Below, in pieces: positions 1 to 8,572 of a DNA stretch of 26,656 bases. The stretch is from Nannocystaceae bacterium (lineage in GTDB: Bacteria > Myxococcota_A > Polyangia > Nannocystales > Nannocystaceae). The stretch's first letter is position 1. Every line of letters starts with the position of its first letter. Location: the NCBI GenBank assembly GCA_016763875.1, contig JAESSZ010000815.1:1-26656 (forward strand), in the 5' to 3' direction. Made by a program: the position numbers and the translations under genes. Under the pieces are notes generated by a model. The model was not told the origin of the DNA. It ran no database searches and was given only the letters and a program-made list of their open reading frames with translations.

Positions 1-1
1 G

Positions 2-1207
2 GACCTCTGGTCGCCCTCGGCGTGGTGGCGCCAACAAACCGAGCAGACTCGCCCTGGTCTGCACACCGCCGATGACCAAGCCATGGCGACCTTGGGCACG
101 GAGATCGACGCGGCGATAGTGGTCGCGGAGGCCACCGAAACCGTACTGGCGGACGACGCAACAACCGCCGCAGATCTCGACAGTGCTCGCCCGGGCCTGA
201 GCCTACTTCGCCAGGCACTGGACCTGGCCACCACGCCGCGAGACCGAGAACTGCTGGCGGCAACGATCGCTCACCCCTCGGTCGACATCACTGCTCTTGG
301 GCAAACGTGGGCCAAACATTCGACGGCATTGGCACTTTGGTCAGAGCCCAGCGAACTCGCGGAGTGCGACATTTTGGGGCGCGAGGCTGCGGTGATGCAG
401 AGCTACGCGGGCCGGTTCGGTCGATTCTTCTCCCCGACCTGGTGGCGCTCACGTGGCGCGCTACGCCGGGCGCTGGTGCAGGCATGGCCACAACGCGCGG
501 GCGCGGGGTTTGAGCCTTCGTTCTTGCGCGAGATCCAAGACCGGGTCGAGGCCACGCGGGCGTGGGATCAAACTCGCGCGGCGTTTGAGGCGCTGGGCGT
601 CCCACATCTTTCGCCCAAAGACGGCGCAGCGGCCCAAGGCGCGCTCGCCAAGCTCGATGAATTCGCAGGCCTCGCCAATCGACTTCCAGGGACCACGACC
701 GGACTGGAGAATCTCGGGCTGCACCTCCCAACATCGACAGCAGCGCTGGACGCGACGCAAGCAAACCTCGCCCGGCGCGAAGCTCAGCTTGAGGCCGTCG
801 ACAAACTACGTGGCGCCACGCAACCGATTGCAACCCGGTTCCCCTGGGTCGTTGATCCGAGCGTAGCCACGCTCCGTGAGCTGTGTGGACACCTTCGTGC
901 CGATGGTGCCCGCCTCCGGGAGTCCGACGGATGGTGGTCACAACTCGACAGTGCCCATGCGATCGGCCGCCCGGCCCTGGATCTGGTCGCCAACGCGCTT
1001 CCGGACGCTGACGCGACCACTTGGCGCGAGGCGCTGACGCGCGCTTGGGCCTGCGCCCACCTCGACACCTTGCGCGCGTCCGTGCCGCAACTCGCCGAGT
1101 TGGGTACGACCGCCGAGGCACAAACGGTGAGCCGTGCGGCAGAAGCGATGCGCACGCTCGACCTTGAGCCGCAAACTCGAGGCCGACACGATTCGCGAGC
1201 GCCTTGA
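2..1207 (+). CDS. N-terminal/central helical part of a large superfamily-1 helicase (DUF4011/AAA_11-type); 5'-truncated by the window and split from its helicase core by a frameshift
   Basis: Frame is open from base 2 (DLWSPSAWWRQ...) to TGA at 1205-1207. Ala/Leu-rich helical sequence with repeated SPxxWWR motifs. It overlaps the helicase-core ORF in the +1 frame. The family call comes from the downstream ORF. Confidence 0.7.
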   Translation, partial: DLWSPSAWWRQQTEQTRPGLHTADDQAMATLGTEIDAAIVVAEATETVLADDATTAADLDSARPGLSLLRQALDLATTPRDRELLAATIAHPSVDITALGQTWAKHSTALALWSEPSELAECDILGREAAVMQSYAGRFGRFFSPTWWRSRGALRRALVQAWPQRAGAGFEPSFLREIQDRVEATRAWDQTRAAFEALGVPHLSPKDGAAAQGALAKLDEFAGLANRLPGTTTGLENLGLHLPTSTAALDATQANLARREAQLEAVDKLRGATQPIATRFPWVVDPSVATLRELCGHLRADGARLRESDGWWSQLDSAHAIGRPALDLVANALPDADATTWREALTRAWACAHLDTLRASVPQLAELGTTAEAQTVSRAAEAMRTLDLEPQTRGRHDSRAP

Positions 1208-2744
1208 TCAGGCGGAGCTGCTGGCTATCCCCGACGCCAAGTACCGCGCACGCAGAACCCCACGTCAAAAACTCAAGGAGCACATCCTCAAAGAAGTCGG
1301 CAAGTCGCGACGTTTGATGCCGCTGAGACAGTTCGTGCGCACGTTCTCCAACGAGGGACTGCTCGATGTCGTTCCCTGCTGGCTGGTCTCCCCCGAGACG
1401 ATGGCGGTCTTGTTTCCGCGACAGCCGTTGTTCGATCTCGTGGTCTTTGACGAGGCCTCGCAGTGCACCGTGCAATCCGGATTTCCGGTAACGCTCCGCG
1501 CCAAGCGCGTTGTCGTTGCAGGCGACGACAAACAAATGCCGCCCACGTCGTTCTTCCAACTCGGCGAGTCGGACAACGACGACGACCTGAGTGAAGCAGG
1601 CATCGAGGCTCGCGACGCATTCGCGGCCGAATCGCTGCTCGTGCTCGCGCGCAGTCGCTGCCCTCACATGGGGTTGAAGTGGCACTACCGATGCAAGTCC
1701 GAGGAGCTCATCGCGTACTCGAACCACTCGATGTACGACGGCGACTTACTCACGATTCCCTCGACCGCGGGCCTGCTCGCCCCCTCAGCGCTCAAATGGG
1801 TCGACGTGCCGGACGGGAAGTACGACTCGGGTCTCAACCGCCCTGAGGCGGAACGCGTCGTCACCCTGCTGCACGATCTGCTTTCGCGTGACCCGAGACC
1901 GACGGTCGGCGTGGTGACCTTCAACCTCAAGCAGCGCCAGACGATCCTCGACGCGATCGACGCCCGCGCAACATCCGATTCTGTGTTCGGCGAGTTGTGG
2001 TCGTCCGCCCGCGAAGTGGACGCACTCGACGAACGCCCTTTCGTGAAGAACTTGGAGTCAGTGCAGGGTGACGAACGCGACATCATCGTGTTCTCACTCG
2101 GTCACGCGCCTGTGATCCGCAAGAGAAAGGGCGGCGGCGAGGAGCTCTATGTGCCTGCACGCTTCGGTCCGCTGGGTCAGCGCGGCGGCGAACGTCGGCT
2201 CAACGTCGCTATTTCTCGCGCAAAACGTGGCTGCTACGTCGTGTCGTCCTTCGAGCCGCGCCTGCTGCATGTGGGCAACTCGACCCACAGCGGACCCCGG
2301 CTGTTCAAGGGCTACCTCGACTTCGCACACGCCAAGAGCGGTGGTCGGCACGATCACGCCGTCAGGATCCTTGACGAGGTTCGGGGCATACCACGTGACC
2401 GGACCACCGCGACACGGCGCCGTGTCATCGATGGGCATCTCCCGTTGGCCGCTCAGATCGGCTACGACCTTGAGAAGCGAGGCGTCTACAGCGAGCAAGG
2501 AATCGGAAGTTCCAAGTTTGAGATCCCACTGGCCGTCGCCAAACCCGGCGCCTCAGATGGTCAGTTCGCCCTCGCGATTCTGACAGATGAAGGCGGCCAA
2601 GGCGTCTCCGCATTCGACCAGTACGTGCACCAGCCACTGGTGCTCAAACTCCGCGGGTGGGACGTCATGCACATCGACGCCGCGGCCTGGTCACGTCGCC
2701 GCGGCGAGCTGCTCGATCAGATCGAGCAACGACTGCGCCCCTGA
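1134..2744 (+). CDS. SF1 (DNA2/NAM7/UPF1-like, AAA_11/AAA_12) helicase C-terminal core plus C-terminal restriction-endonuclease-like (MTES_1575/Vsr-like) domain
   Basis: Motifs FDLVVFDEASQ (Walker B), VVVAGDDKQMPPTSFF, LKWHYRC, VKNLESVQGDERD, GGERRLNVAISRAK. Walker A is absent, so it must lie upstream of the window. Tail GIGSSKFEIPLAV...FALAILTDEG...LKLRGWDVMHI matches the REase-like tail of DUF4011 helicases. Confidence 0.88.
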   Translation: MRQKRCARSTLSRKLEADTIRERLDQAELLAIPDAKYRARRTPRQKLKEHILKEVGKSRRLMPLRQFVRTFSNEGLLDVVPCWLVSPETMAVLFPRQPLFDLVVFDEASQCTVQSGFPVTLRAKRVVVAGDDKQMPPTSFFQLGESDNDDDLSEAGIEARDAFAAESLLVLARSRCPHMGLKWHYRCKSEELIAYSNHSMYDGDLLTIPSTAGLLAPSALKWVDVPDGKYDSGLNRPEAERVVTLLHDLLSRDPRPTVGVVTFNLKQRQTILDAIDARATSDSVFGELWSSAREVDALDERPFVKNLESVQGDERDIIVFSLGHAPVIRKRKGGGEELYVPARFGPLGQRGGERRLNVAISRAKRGCYVVSSFEPRLLHVGNSTHSGPRLFKGYLDFAHAKSGGRHDHAVRILDEVRGIPRDRTTATRRRVIDGHLPLAAQIGYDLEKRGVYSEQGIGSSKFEIPLAVAKPGASDGQFALAILTDEGGQGVSAFDQYVHQPLVLKLRGWDVMHIDAAAWSRRRGELLDQIEQRLRP

Positions 2745-2816
2745 TGAATCGCGCAACTCTGGATTCTGCAAAATCTGCGCTGCCGGGCACCAACCGACGG
2801 CGGTAGCGTCCGACTG

Positions 2817-4457
2817 GTGACATCCTGGGTTCGAAAAGTCTGTCTGGTCCCCAAGTGGTCTGCGCTCGTGTTGTTGGGCTGCTCTGATCCTGCCGCTGGG
2901 CTGACCGACGCCAGTGGCACGAGCAGTAGCGACCCCGGTCCCGAGACATTGCCCACCACGGGATCACCGACGTCTCCCACGACGGATTCAGACGCGACGG
3001 ATACAACGGACGGCGACGTCTCCACGACGCCGAACGACGCAGACACGGCAATGCAGGACAGTAGTTCGGATGCACCAACCTGCTCACCGATGCCCGGTGT
3101 TTGGGCCGATTGTGTGGACGGCGAAGACTGCATGAGTTCCGCTGGCACGTGCGTTTCGACCGGCCAGCCGGGGGAAGGCTCGTGCGTGTTCACGCCAACC
3201 GGGTCCGGCTGTGTGGACGCTTGCGAGTGCCCGCCGGCCCCAAGCACGGGTCTGGCGATCGTCACGTGCGCCGACATCCCAGACGCGGACGGCAACCCCG
3301 ACGGCATCAACAGCTGCTATTTGAGCTGCGACAACGGTGAGACGTGCCCAGACGGGCAGGTCTGCTTTTTGGATCTGCTGTGTGTCCACACCAATACGCC
3401 GCCCGGGCCGCCCGTAGAGCCGTATCAGGGCTGTGCCCCGCCGCTGTTCCCCTGTCCGATTGGCGCGACATGCCTGCAAGACGACAGCGACAATCCCACG
3501 GTGGGTACCTGCGCCCAGGCTGGATGCGTCGAGAGCACCGACTGCCCACGGGCGCCCGAGGGTGGCACGGCAGCCTGCTCCAACGTGGACGGCATTCCCG
3601 GGTTGGAGTGCACGTTGGCATGTTCCGACGACGAGGGATGTCCGACTGGCGCGACGTGCTTCGGAGAACTCTGTGCATATCCCACGCCGGTCGCCGGGTA
3701 CCAACCGTGTGTACCCGTGTCAGCGTGCCAAGCTTCAGAGGCCTGCCATCAGCTCGCAGGCGATCCAAGCTACTCGGTATGCGCGCAGCAGGACTGCCAA
3801 GACGCGGCCGACTGCCCTGTGGCTGACTACGGTGGCGACGCACCGGTCGCCTGCGGAGACACAGGCGATGGCGCGACGATGTGCTACCTCGACTGTGCGC
3901 TCGGCCAGACTTGCCCGCCCGGCATGACGTGTGTCGACAACGAAGTCTGCGCATTCGAATCACTGGGCGAGGTGTGTTTCGGCGCGGTCTCGGATCCTAG
4001 CTTCGAGATGGGGACACCAAGCGCAAGCTGGACCGAGTCGTCGACGAACACGGAGACACCGTTGTGCGACGCGAGCTGCGGCGGGGAGGGAGCGTTCACC
4101 GGAGCGTTCTGGGCTCGTTTCGGCGGCGTACTCGGGACACAAGAGACAGCGAGCGTCACGCAAGATGTACAGATTCCACCGGAGGCCACACAGCTGGTGT
4201 TCCAACTCTGGATCTTCAGTGCCACAACGATCAGCCCCCAACTGGATACGCTCACGATTGCCGTCGATGGCAACCCAGTGTTTCAAGTGACGGGAGACGA
4301 TGCCGCGGCTTACTCTGCGTACACACTCGTGAGTGCGGACATCAGCGCTTTCGCCGACGGCATGATCCTCACGATCCGATTTGAGGGCCAAACGCAGGGT
4401 AACGAGATCACCAACTTCTTCGTTGACGACGTTGTGCTGCTCTGCCCGGGACTTTAG
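2817..4457 (+). CDS. Cys-rich repeat lipoprotein with a C-terminal beta-sandwich (jelly-roll/CBM-like) domain
   Basis: Lipobox LLGC (Cys22), Ser/Thr/Asp linker, three ~90-aa modules with 12 aligned Cys, then DPSFEMG...W...ASVTQDVQIP...FFVDDV, typical of extracellular jelly-roll domains. Confidence 0.8.
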   Translation: MTSWVRKVCLVPKWSALVLLGCSDPAAGLTDASGTSSSDPGPETLPTTGSPTSPTTDSDATDTTDGDVSTTPNDADTAMQDSSSDAPTCSPMPGVWADCVDGEDCMSSAGTCVSTGQPGEGSCVFTPTGSGCVDACECPPAPSTGLAIVTCADIPDADGNPDGINSCYLSCDNGETCPDGQVCFLDLLCVHTNTPPGPPVEPYQGCAPPLFPCPIGATCLQDDSDNPTVGTCAQAGCVESTDCPRAPEGGTAACSNVDGIPGLECTLACSDDEGCPTGATCFGELCAYPTPVAGYQPCVPVSACQASEACHQLAGDPSYSVCAQQDCQDAADCPVADYGGDAPVACGDTGDGATMCYLDCALGQTCPPGMTCVDNEVCAFESLGEVCFGAVSDPSFEMGTPSASWTESSTNTETPLCDASCGGEGAFTGAFWARFGGVLGTQETASVTQDVQIPPEATQLVFQLWIFSATTISPQLDTLTIAVDGNPVFQVTGDDAAAYSAYTLVSADISAFADGMILTIRFEGQTQGNEITNFFVDDVVLLCPGL

Positions 4458-4559
4458 CGGCAACTGCGGTAAAGACGGCCACACAGATCCGGCACGAAAA
4501 GCGGACGCAGGCTCAAGCCCGGAGCCGCCTCGCCGATGTCGAAACCTGACTGATTGCCG

Positions 4560-5696
4560 ATGCGTGTATTCGAAGGTCGCTCGTTTCTCGAAAACTCCGA
4601 CAGTGCGGTCGCGGAGGCCGTTGCCGGTTGGGACGTCCCGGAAACGGGACTGTCGCTGCTGATCGTGTTCGCGAGCACCAAGCAGGACCCCGATGGAGTC
4701 GCTCGCGCACTCGCGGCTCGCTACCCGGGGGTCCCCCTCGTGGGCTGCACCAGCACAGGGGAGAGTATCGGCGGAGAGCACTCCAACGGCGCCGTGGTCA
4801 TCGCCGGGCTGTGCACGCCCGAGATGCGCTGGGCGACCGCTGTCGTCGATAACCTCAGCGATGCCGACGATGCCGTCGTGCAGTCGGCGGCAGGCGCACT
4901 CTTCGGCACCCTGAGTGTCGATCCGGAGGACTTCGACCCCAACGACTACTTCTGCGTCATGTTCGTGGACGGCCTGCGCATGCGCGAGGAATGGCCATCG
5001 GCGACGATGGCGGACGCGCTCGAAGGGGTACCGCTGCTCGGTGGCAGCGCTGGGGACGACCTGGCGTTCAAGGAGACCAAGGTCATCGCCAACGGGGTGG
5101 CCAAGACGAATGCGGCGGTCTTTCTCATGGCCTACAGCCCCGGAGGAGGGCACGAGATTCTCAAGCACCAGCACTTTACCGCGAGCGATCGGCGGCTGGT
5201 AATCACGCGCTGCGACCCGGCGGCGCGCCGTGTCTACGAAATCGACGGTTTTCCGGCGCTCGAAGCGTACGCGCGCGTCCTGGGCATGGACCCGGCGGAG
5301 GTCACCGGGGACGTCAGCTTCATGAATCCCGTGACGCTGTCGATCAACAACGAACTGTACGTCCGATCGATTCAGAGCATCCAAGACGACGGATCGCTGG
5401 TCTTTTACTGTGCGGTGGAGGAAGGCATGGTGCTCAGCGTTGGCGGACACAACGACATGAGCGAGAGCTTGCGTACCGACCTGCAGTCGCTCAAACGCGG
5501 CGGCAAGAAACGCAAGTTTCTGCTCGCCTGCAATTGCATTCTTCGGGCGTTGGAGGCCAAGGAACGGCAATATCACGAGCGTCTGACAGAGGTCCTGCAA
5601 GACGTCTGCGAAACATCGATCGGCTTCGACACCTACGGCGAACAGCTCAACGGGCTCCATATCAACCAGACTCTCGTCGCTGTCGCGCTGGGATAG
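4560..5696 (+). CDS. FIST-domain (FIST_N + FIST_C, NosP-like) signal transduction protein
   Basis: Motifs LVGCTSTGE, FVDGL...EE, PLLGGSAGDD, RRVYEIDGFPALEAY, ACNCILRALE, GFDTYGEQ...HINQTLVAV. ATG 4560 preferred over TTG 4554. Confidence 0.92.
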   Translation: MRVFEGRSFLENSDSAVAEAVAGWDVPETGLSLLIVFASTKQDPDGVARALAARYPGVPLVGCTSTGESIGGEHSNGAVVIAGLCTPEMRWATAVVDNLSDADDAVVQSAAGALFGTLSVDPEDFDPNDYFCVMFVDGLRMREEWPSATMADALEGVPLLGGSAGDDLAFKETKVIANGVAKTNAAVFLMAYSPGGGHEILKHQHFTASDRRLVITRCDPAARRVYEIDGFPALEAYARVLGMDPAEVTGDVSFMNPVTLSINNELYVRSIQSIQDDGSLVFYCAVEEGMVLSVGGHNDMSESLRTDLQSLKRGGKKRKFLLACNCILRALEAKERQYHERLTEVLQDVCETSIGFDTYGEQLNGLHINQTLVAVALG

Positions 5697-5706
5697 GACA
5701 CAAGAG

Positions 5707-7362
5707 ATGCGAGAGCTTCAAGACTTACCCTGGGAGGATCGAGCGCTGGCCGCCGAGAAGACGGTGACGGTGCTCAAGGACAAGGTCTGCGCGCTCTACA
5801 ACGGCTCACAGAGCATTATCCAGAAACAGCTCGACAAGGCTCTGGTGCGTGACGAGAAAAACCGGCGTCGCCGTGCTGTCGTGGAAGCCAAAGCCGATGA
5901 GCTGCAGCGGCACTCCGCGCGGCTGGAGGCCGTCGTTGCCGCGCGCACGCATCAGTTACGGTCGATTCTCGACAATGTCACGTTCGGATTCTTGGTGCTG
6001 GATCGCGACCTGATCATCGCCGACGGCTACACGCGGTCGTGCCGCGAACTGCTGGCCGCCCAAGAAATCGGAGGCCGCAACCTCGGTGAGGTGTTCGGGC
6101 TCAGCGAGCGCGCGTACGGCAACTATGCGGCGGGGCTCGACCAGCTGTTCGAAGACCTTTTGCCCGAGGACGTCCTTGCGGATCAGGTTGTCACGCGCTT
6201 CGAACTGGAGGGCCGAGTCCTGCGAGTCGAGCCACGGCTGATCCGGGGTGAGTCGGGGCAACCCGAAGCCGTCCTCATGAGTATCAGCGACACCACCGCA
6301 CTCGAGGCAGCAGAGCGCGAGGCTCGGAGCAACGCGGTGCTGGTCTCTGTGCTCAAGGCCAAGGGGGCCTTCGCGAGCTTCGTTGACGACGTCCGCAGCT
6401 CTTTAGAGGTCGCTCGCGATCACGTCGACGACGCGGCCTACGTGCGCAGGGTTATTCACACGATTAAGGGGAACTCGACTGCGTACGGTCTGGACGAGAT
6501 CGCACGCTTCGTGCATGGCGTCGAAGAACTCGACACCATCGATGTCGCGGCTATCGACTCCATCGAGGCCCAGTTCAAGGCGTTTCTGCGGACGCATCGG
6601 CGGGTGCTTGAGATGGACTACGACGGGACGGCAGCGACGGTCTTCGAGGTTTCGCACGCCCGAATGGACGAGCTGCGGACGATCGCGGCCGAGCCCGAGT
6701 ACAACTCGGTCCGGGAATGGAGGGCTTCGGTATGCCTCAAGCCCGCCGCGCTCGTGCTGGGTCCGATCGACAACTTCGTCGAGAAACTAGCCGAACGCCT
6801 CGGCAAGGCGGTGGATTTCCGCTGCGAAGGGCTTGAGGTGCTCGTCGATCAAGACACGGCGACCCCTGTCTTGCGAACGGTGACCCACGTCATCCGAAAC
6901 GCGGTGGACCACGGGCTCGAGGACGCAGGGCTGCGTGGGTGCAAGCCGCAGCGTGGGTCGGTCTCGCTGGTGATCGCCGAAGACGACACGAACTGGACCG
7001 TGACGGTGGCCGACGATGGGCGCGGGATCAATGTGGGTGCCCTGGTGAGCACAGCGATCGAGACCGGGAAGCTGACGGCCGAGGAGGCAGAGGCGATGGA
7101 CAACGACGCGCGGGTCCGACTGCTCTTCCTCGATGGGGTTTCCTGCCGAACGGAGGTGACCGATATCTCTGGGAGAGGCGTCGGCACCAGCGCCGTGCTG
7201 ACCGAGGTTCGGAGGGTGGGCGGCCGCGTCGATGTCGAGACCAAGCTCGGTGAAGGGACGACCTTTCGCTTAGTCATCCCCAAGCCCGAGGCATTGGCCT
7301 CCGCGGTCGGTCCTCTCGCCGTTCGCTGCGTGCCCTTCGACATGCGATCGGCGACTGGGTAG
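5707..7362 (+). CDS. CheA-like histidine kinase: coiled coil, PAS-like, Hpt, HATPase_c; no CheW (P5) domain
   Basis: Hpt motif VIHTIKGNS, N-box HVIRNAVDHGLE, G1 DDGRGIN, G2 SGRGVG. The protein ends about 20 aa after FRLVIP. SD-like AGGA precedes the ATG, 10 nt after the FIST stop. Confidence 0.88.
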   Translation: MRELQDLPWEDRALAAEKTVTVLKDKVCALYNGSQSIIQKQLDKALVRDEKNRRRRAVVEAKADELQRHSARLEAVVAARTHQLRSILDNVTFGFLVLDRDLIIADGYTRSCRELLAAQEIGGRNLGEVFGLSERAYGNYAAGLDQLFEDLLPEDVLADQVVTRFELEGRVLRVEPRLIRGESGQPEAVLMSISDTTALEAAEREARSNAVLVSVLKAKGAFASFVDDVRSSLEVARDHVDDAAYVRRVIHTIKGNSTAYGLDEIARFVHGVEELDTIDVAAIDSIEAQFKAFLRTHRRVLEMDYDGTAATVFEVSHARMDELRTIAAEPEYNSVREWRASVCLKPAALVLGPIDNFVEKLAERLGKAVDFRCEGLEVLVDQDTATPVLRTVTHVIRNAVDHGLEDAGLRGCKPQRGSVSLVIAEDDTNWTVTVADDGRGINVGALVSTAIETGKLTAEEAEAMDNDARVRLLFLDGVSCRTEVTDISGRGVGTSAVLTEVRRVGGRVDVETKLGEGTTFRLVIPKPEALASAVGPLAVRCVPFDMRSATG

Positions 7363-7377
7363 GCGAGAGACCTCGGC

Positions 7378-8307
7378 TCACTCGCAGAGCCAGGCCTGCT
7401 CCTCGACGCACGTCTCGTCGCAGTAGCCCGTCTCACACTGGTCAAAGCCGTCGCATTCCTCGCCAGTGGCTTTGCGGGCTCGGCAAATTGCCGGCTCTGC
7501 GCTGTCCAAGTCCCCGTAGTCGCAAAATGCGGTCGTACGGCATTCGCCGCTGGCGCACTCCTCGTCCGGGCCAGGCGGTTGTACGCATATGGCGGCATTC
7601 GAGCAGGCTGAACCCTCGTCGCACCGAGCGCTGTCGCATGGCTCGCCGAGCTTCGGCAGCACCGCGCACACTTCGTCGAAGTTACAGTACGAGCCTTCGG
7701 CGCAGTAGTACTGACAGGCCTCACCCGTGGCCGGTGTTTTGGTGCACACCGGCTCCGCGTCCGGTGAGCAGTGGTAACCCGGCTCGCAGTCTCGCCCCCA
7801 CCCCCGATCCTCGCAGGACTCGCCAGCGGCGATCACCGCGCAGGGATCGAAGCACTTACCCTCTTCGCAGAACATCCCGCTGCCGCAGTCATCGAAGTCT
7901 GAGTACTGCGTGCAGTCTTCGCCAAGCGCCTTGTCCCCGTTGTAGAGGCTGCAATAGCTGCATGTGAGCGTGTCGGATTCGCCGGTATCGACGAACACGG
8001 ACCCGCACTCGCCCTCACTGTATTCGTCCACGAACCCCTGCGCGCACTCGGCATCGAAGCTCAGCCCAGCTTTGCGCCCAGGCTCGAGGAGCGCGCCATA
8101 GATCCCTTCCACCGAGTCCCGGCAAAACGCCTCGTCGGGATACGGGTAGTCGTCGCATTCGCACGAGAAGACAGAAATGCACTCGGCCGTCGCGAGGTCC
8201 GACGCAAACGAACTTTCTCCGACCCCCGATACGCGATCGGCGCTACACCCAGCAACGACCACAGATGTGACGACAAGCGCTACCACTCGAATGATGTTTA
8301 CGTCCAC
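7378..8307 (-). CDS. Cys-rich lipoprotein with six GExC 4-Cys (Dickkopf-like) repeats
   Basis: Signal peptide IIRVVALVVTSVVVAGC. Repeats begin GEDC, GESC, GEAC, GEPC, DEEC, GEEC. Confidence 0.8.
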   Translation of the reverse strand: MDVNIIRVVALVVTSVVVAGCSADRVSGVGESSFASDLATAECISVFSCECDDYPYPDEAFCRDSVEGIYGALLEPGRKAGLSFDAECAQGFVDEYSEGECGSVFVDTGESDTLTCSYCSLYNGDKALGEDCTQYSDFDDCGSGMFCEEGKCFDPCAVIAAGESCEDRGWGRDCEPGYHCSPDAEPVCTKTPATGEACQYYCAEGSYCNFDEVCAVLPKLGEPCDSARCDEGSACSNAAICVQPPGPDEECASGECRTTAFCDYGDLDSAEPAICRARKATGEECDGFDQCETGYCDETCVEEQAWLCE

Positions 8308-8316
8308 ACAATCCCC

Positions 8317-8360
8317 CGGAGCTAGGCTCCGCTTATATAGTGTCCCTGACTGGGTCAGGG
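8317..8360. promoter_or_regulatory. Two short inverted repeats flanking a + strand TATAGT -10-like box
   Basis: CGGAGC-TAG-GCTCCG (8317-8331), TATAGT (8336-8341), CCCTGAC-TGG-GTCAGGG (8344-8360). Confidence 0.35.
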
Positions 8361-8572
8361 TTCCTTGACGACCGGCACCACCGCGCTATGCCCACCAGGC
8401 AATGGCTCACACGTCGCATCGCGTTCTCCACGGCAGCACCCCGGTCACCGGCTGCGAGCTGCCCATGGGGATCTTGCGAGCGCGGCCAGCCTCGCTTCTG
8501 ACGCCTACGTAGGCCGTCCGGACTGACGGCGATTTGGCGTAGTTGCCACGTGCGATGCCCAGGGCGTTGCGC

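Noticed and set aside
1160-1208. prfB-type programmed +1 frameshift in the helicase
   Set aside because: The sites read CTT-GAG-C and CCT-TGA-T, not CTT-TGA-C. There is no SD just upstream, and tRNA-Pro re-pairing on CUU would be poor.
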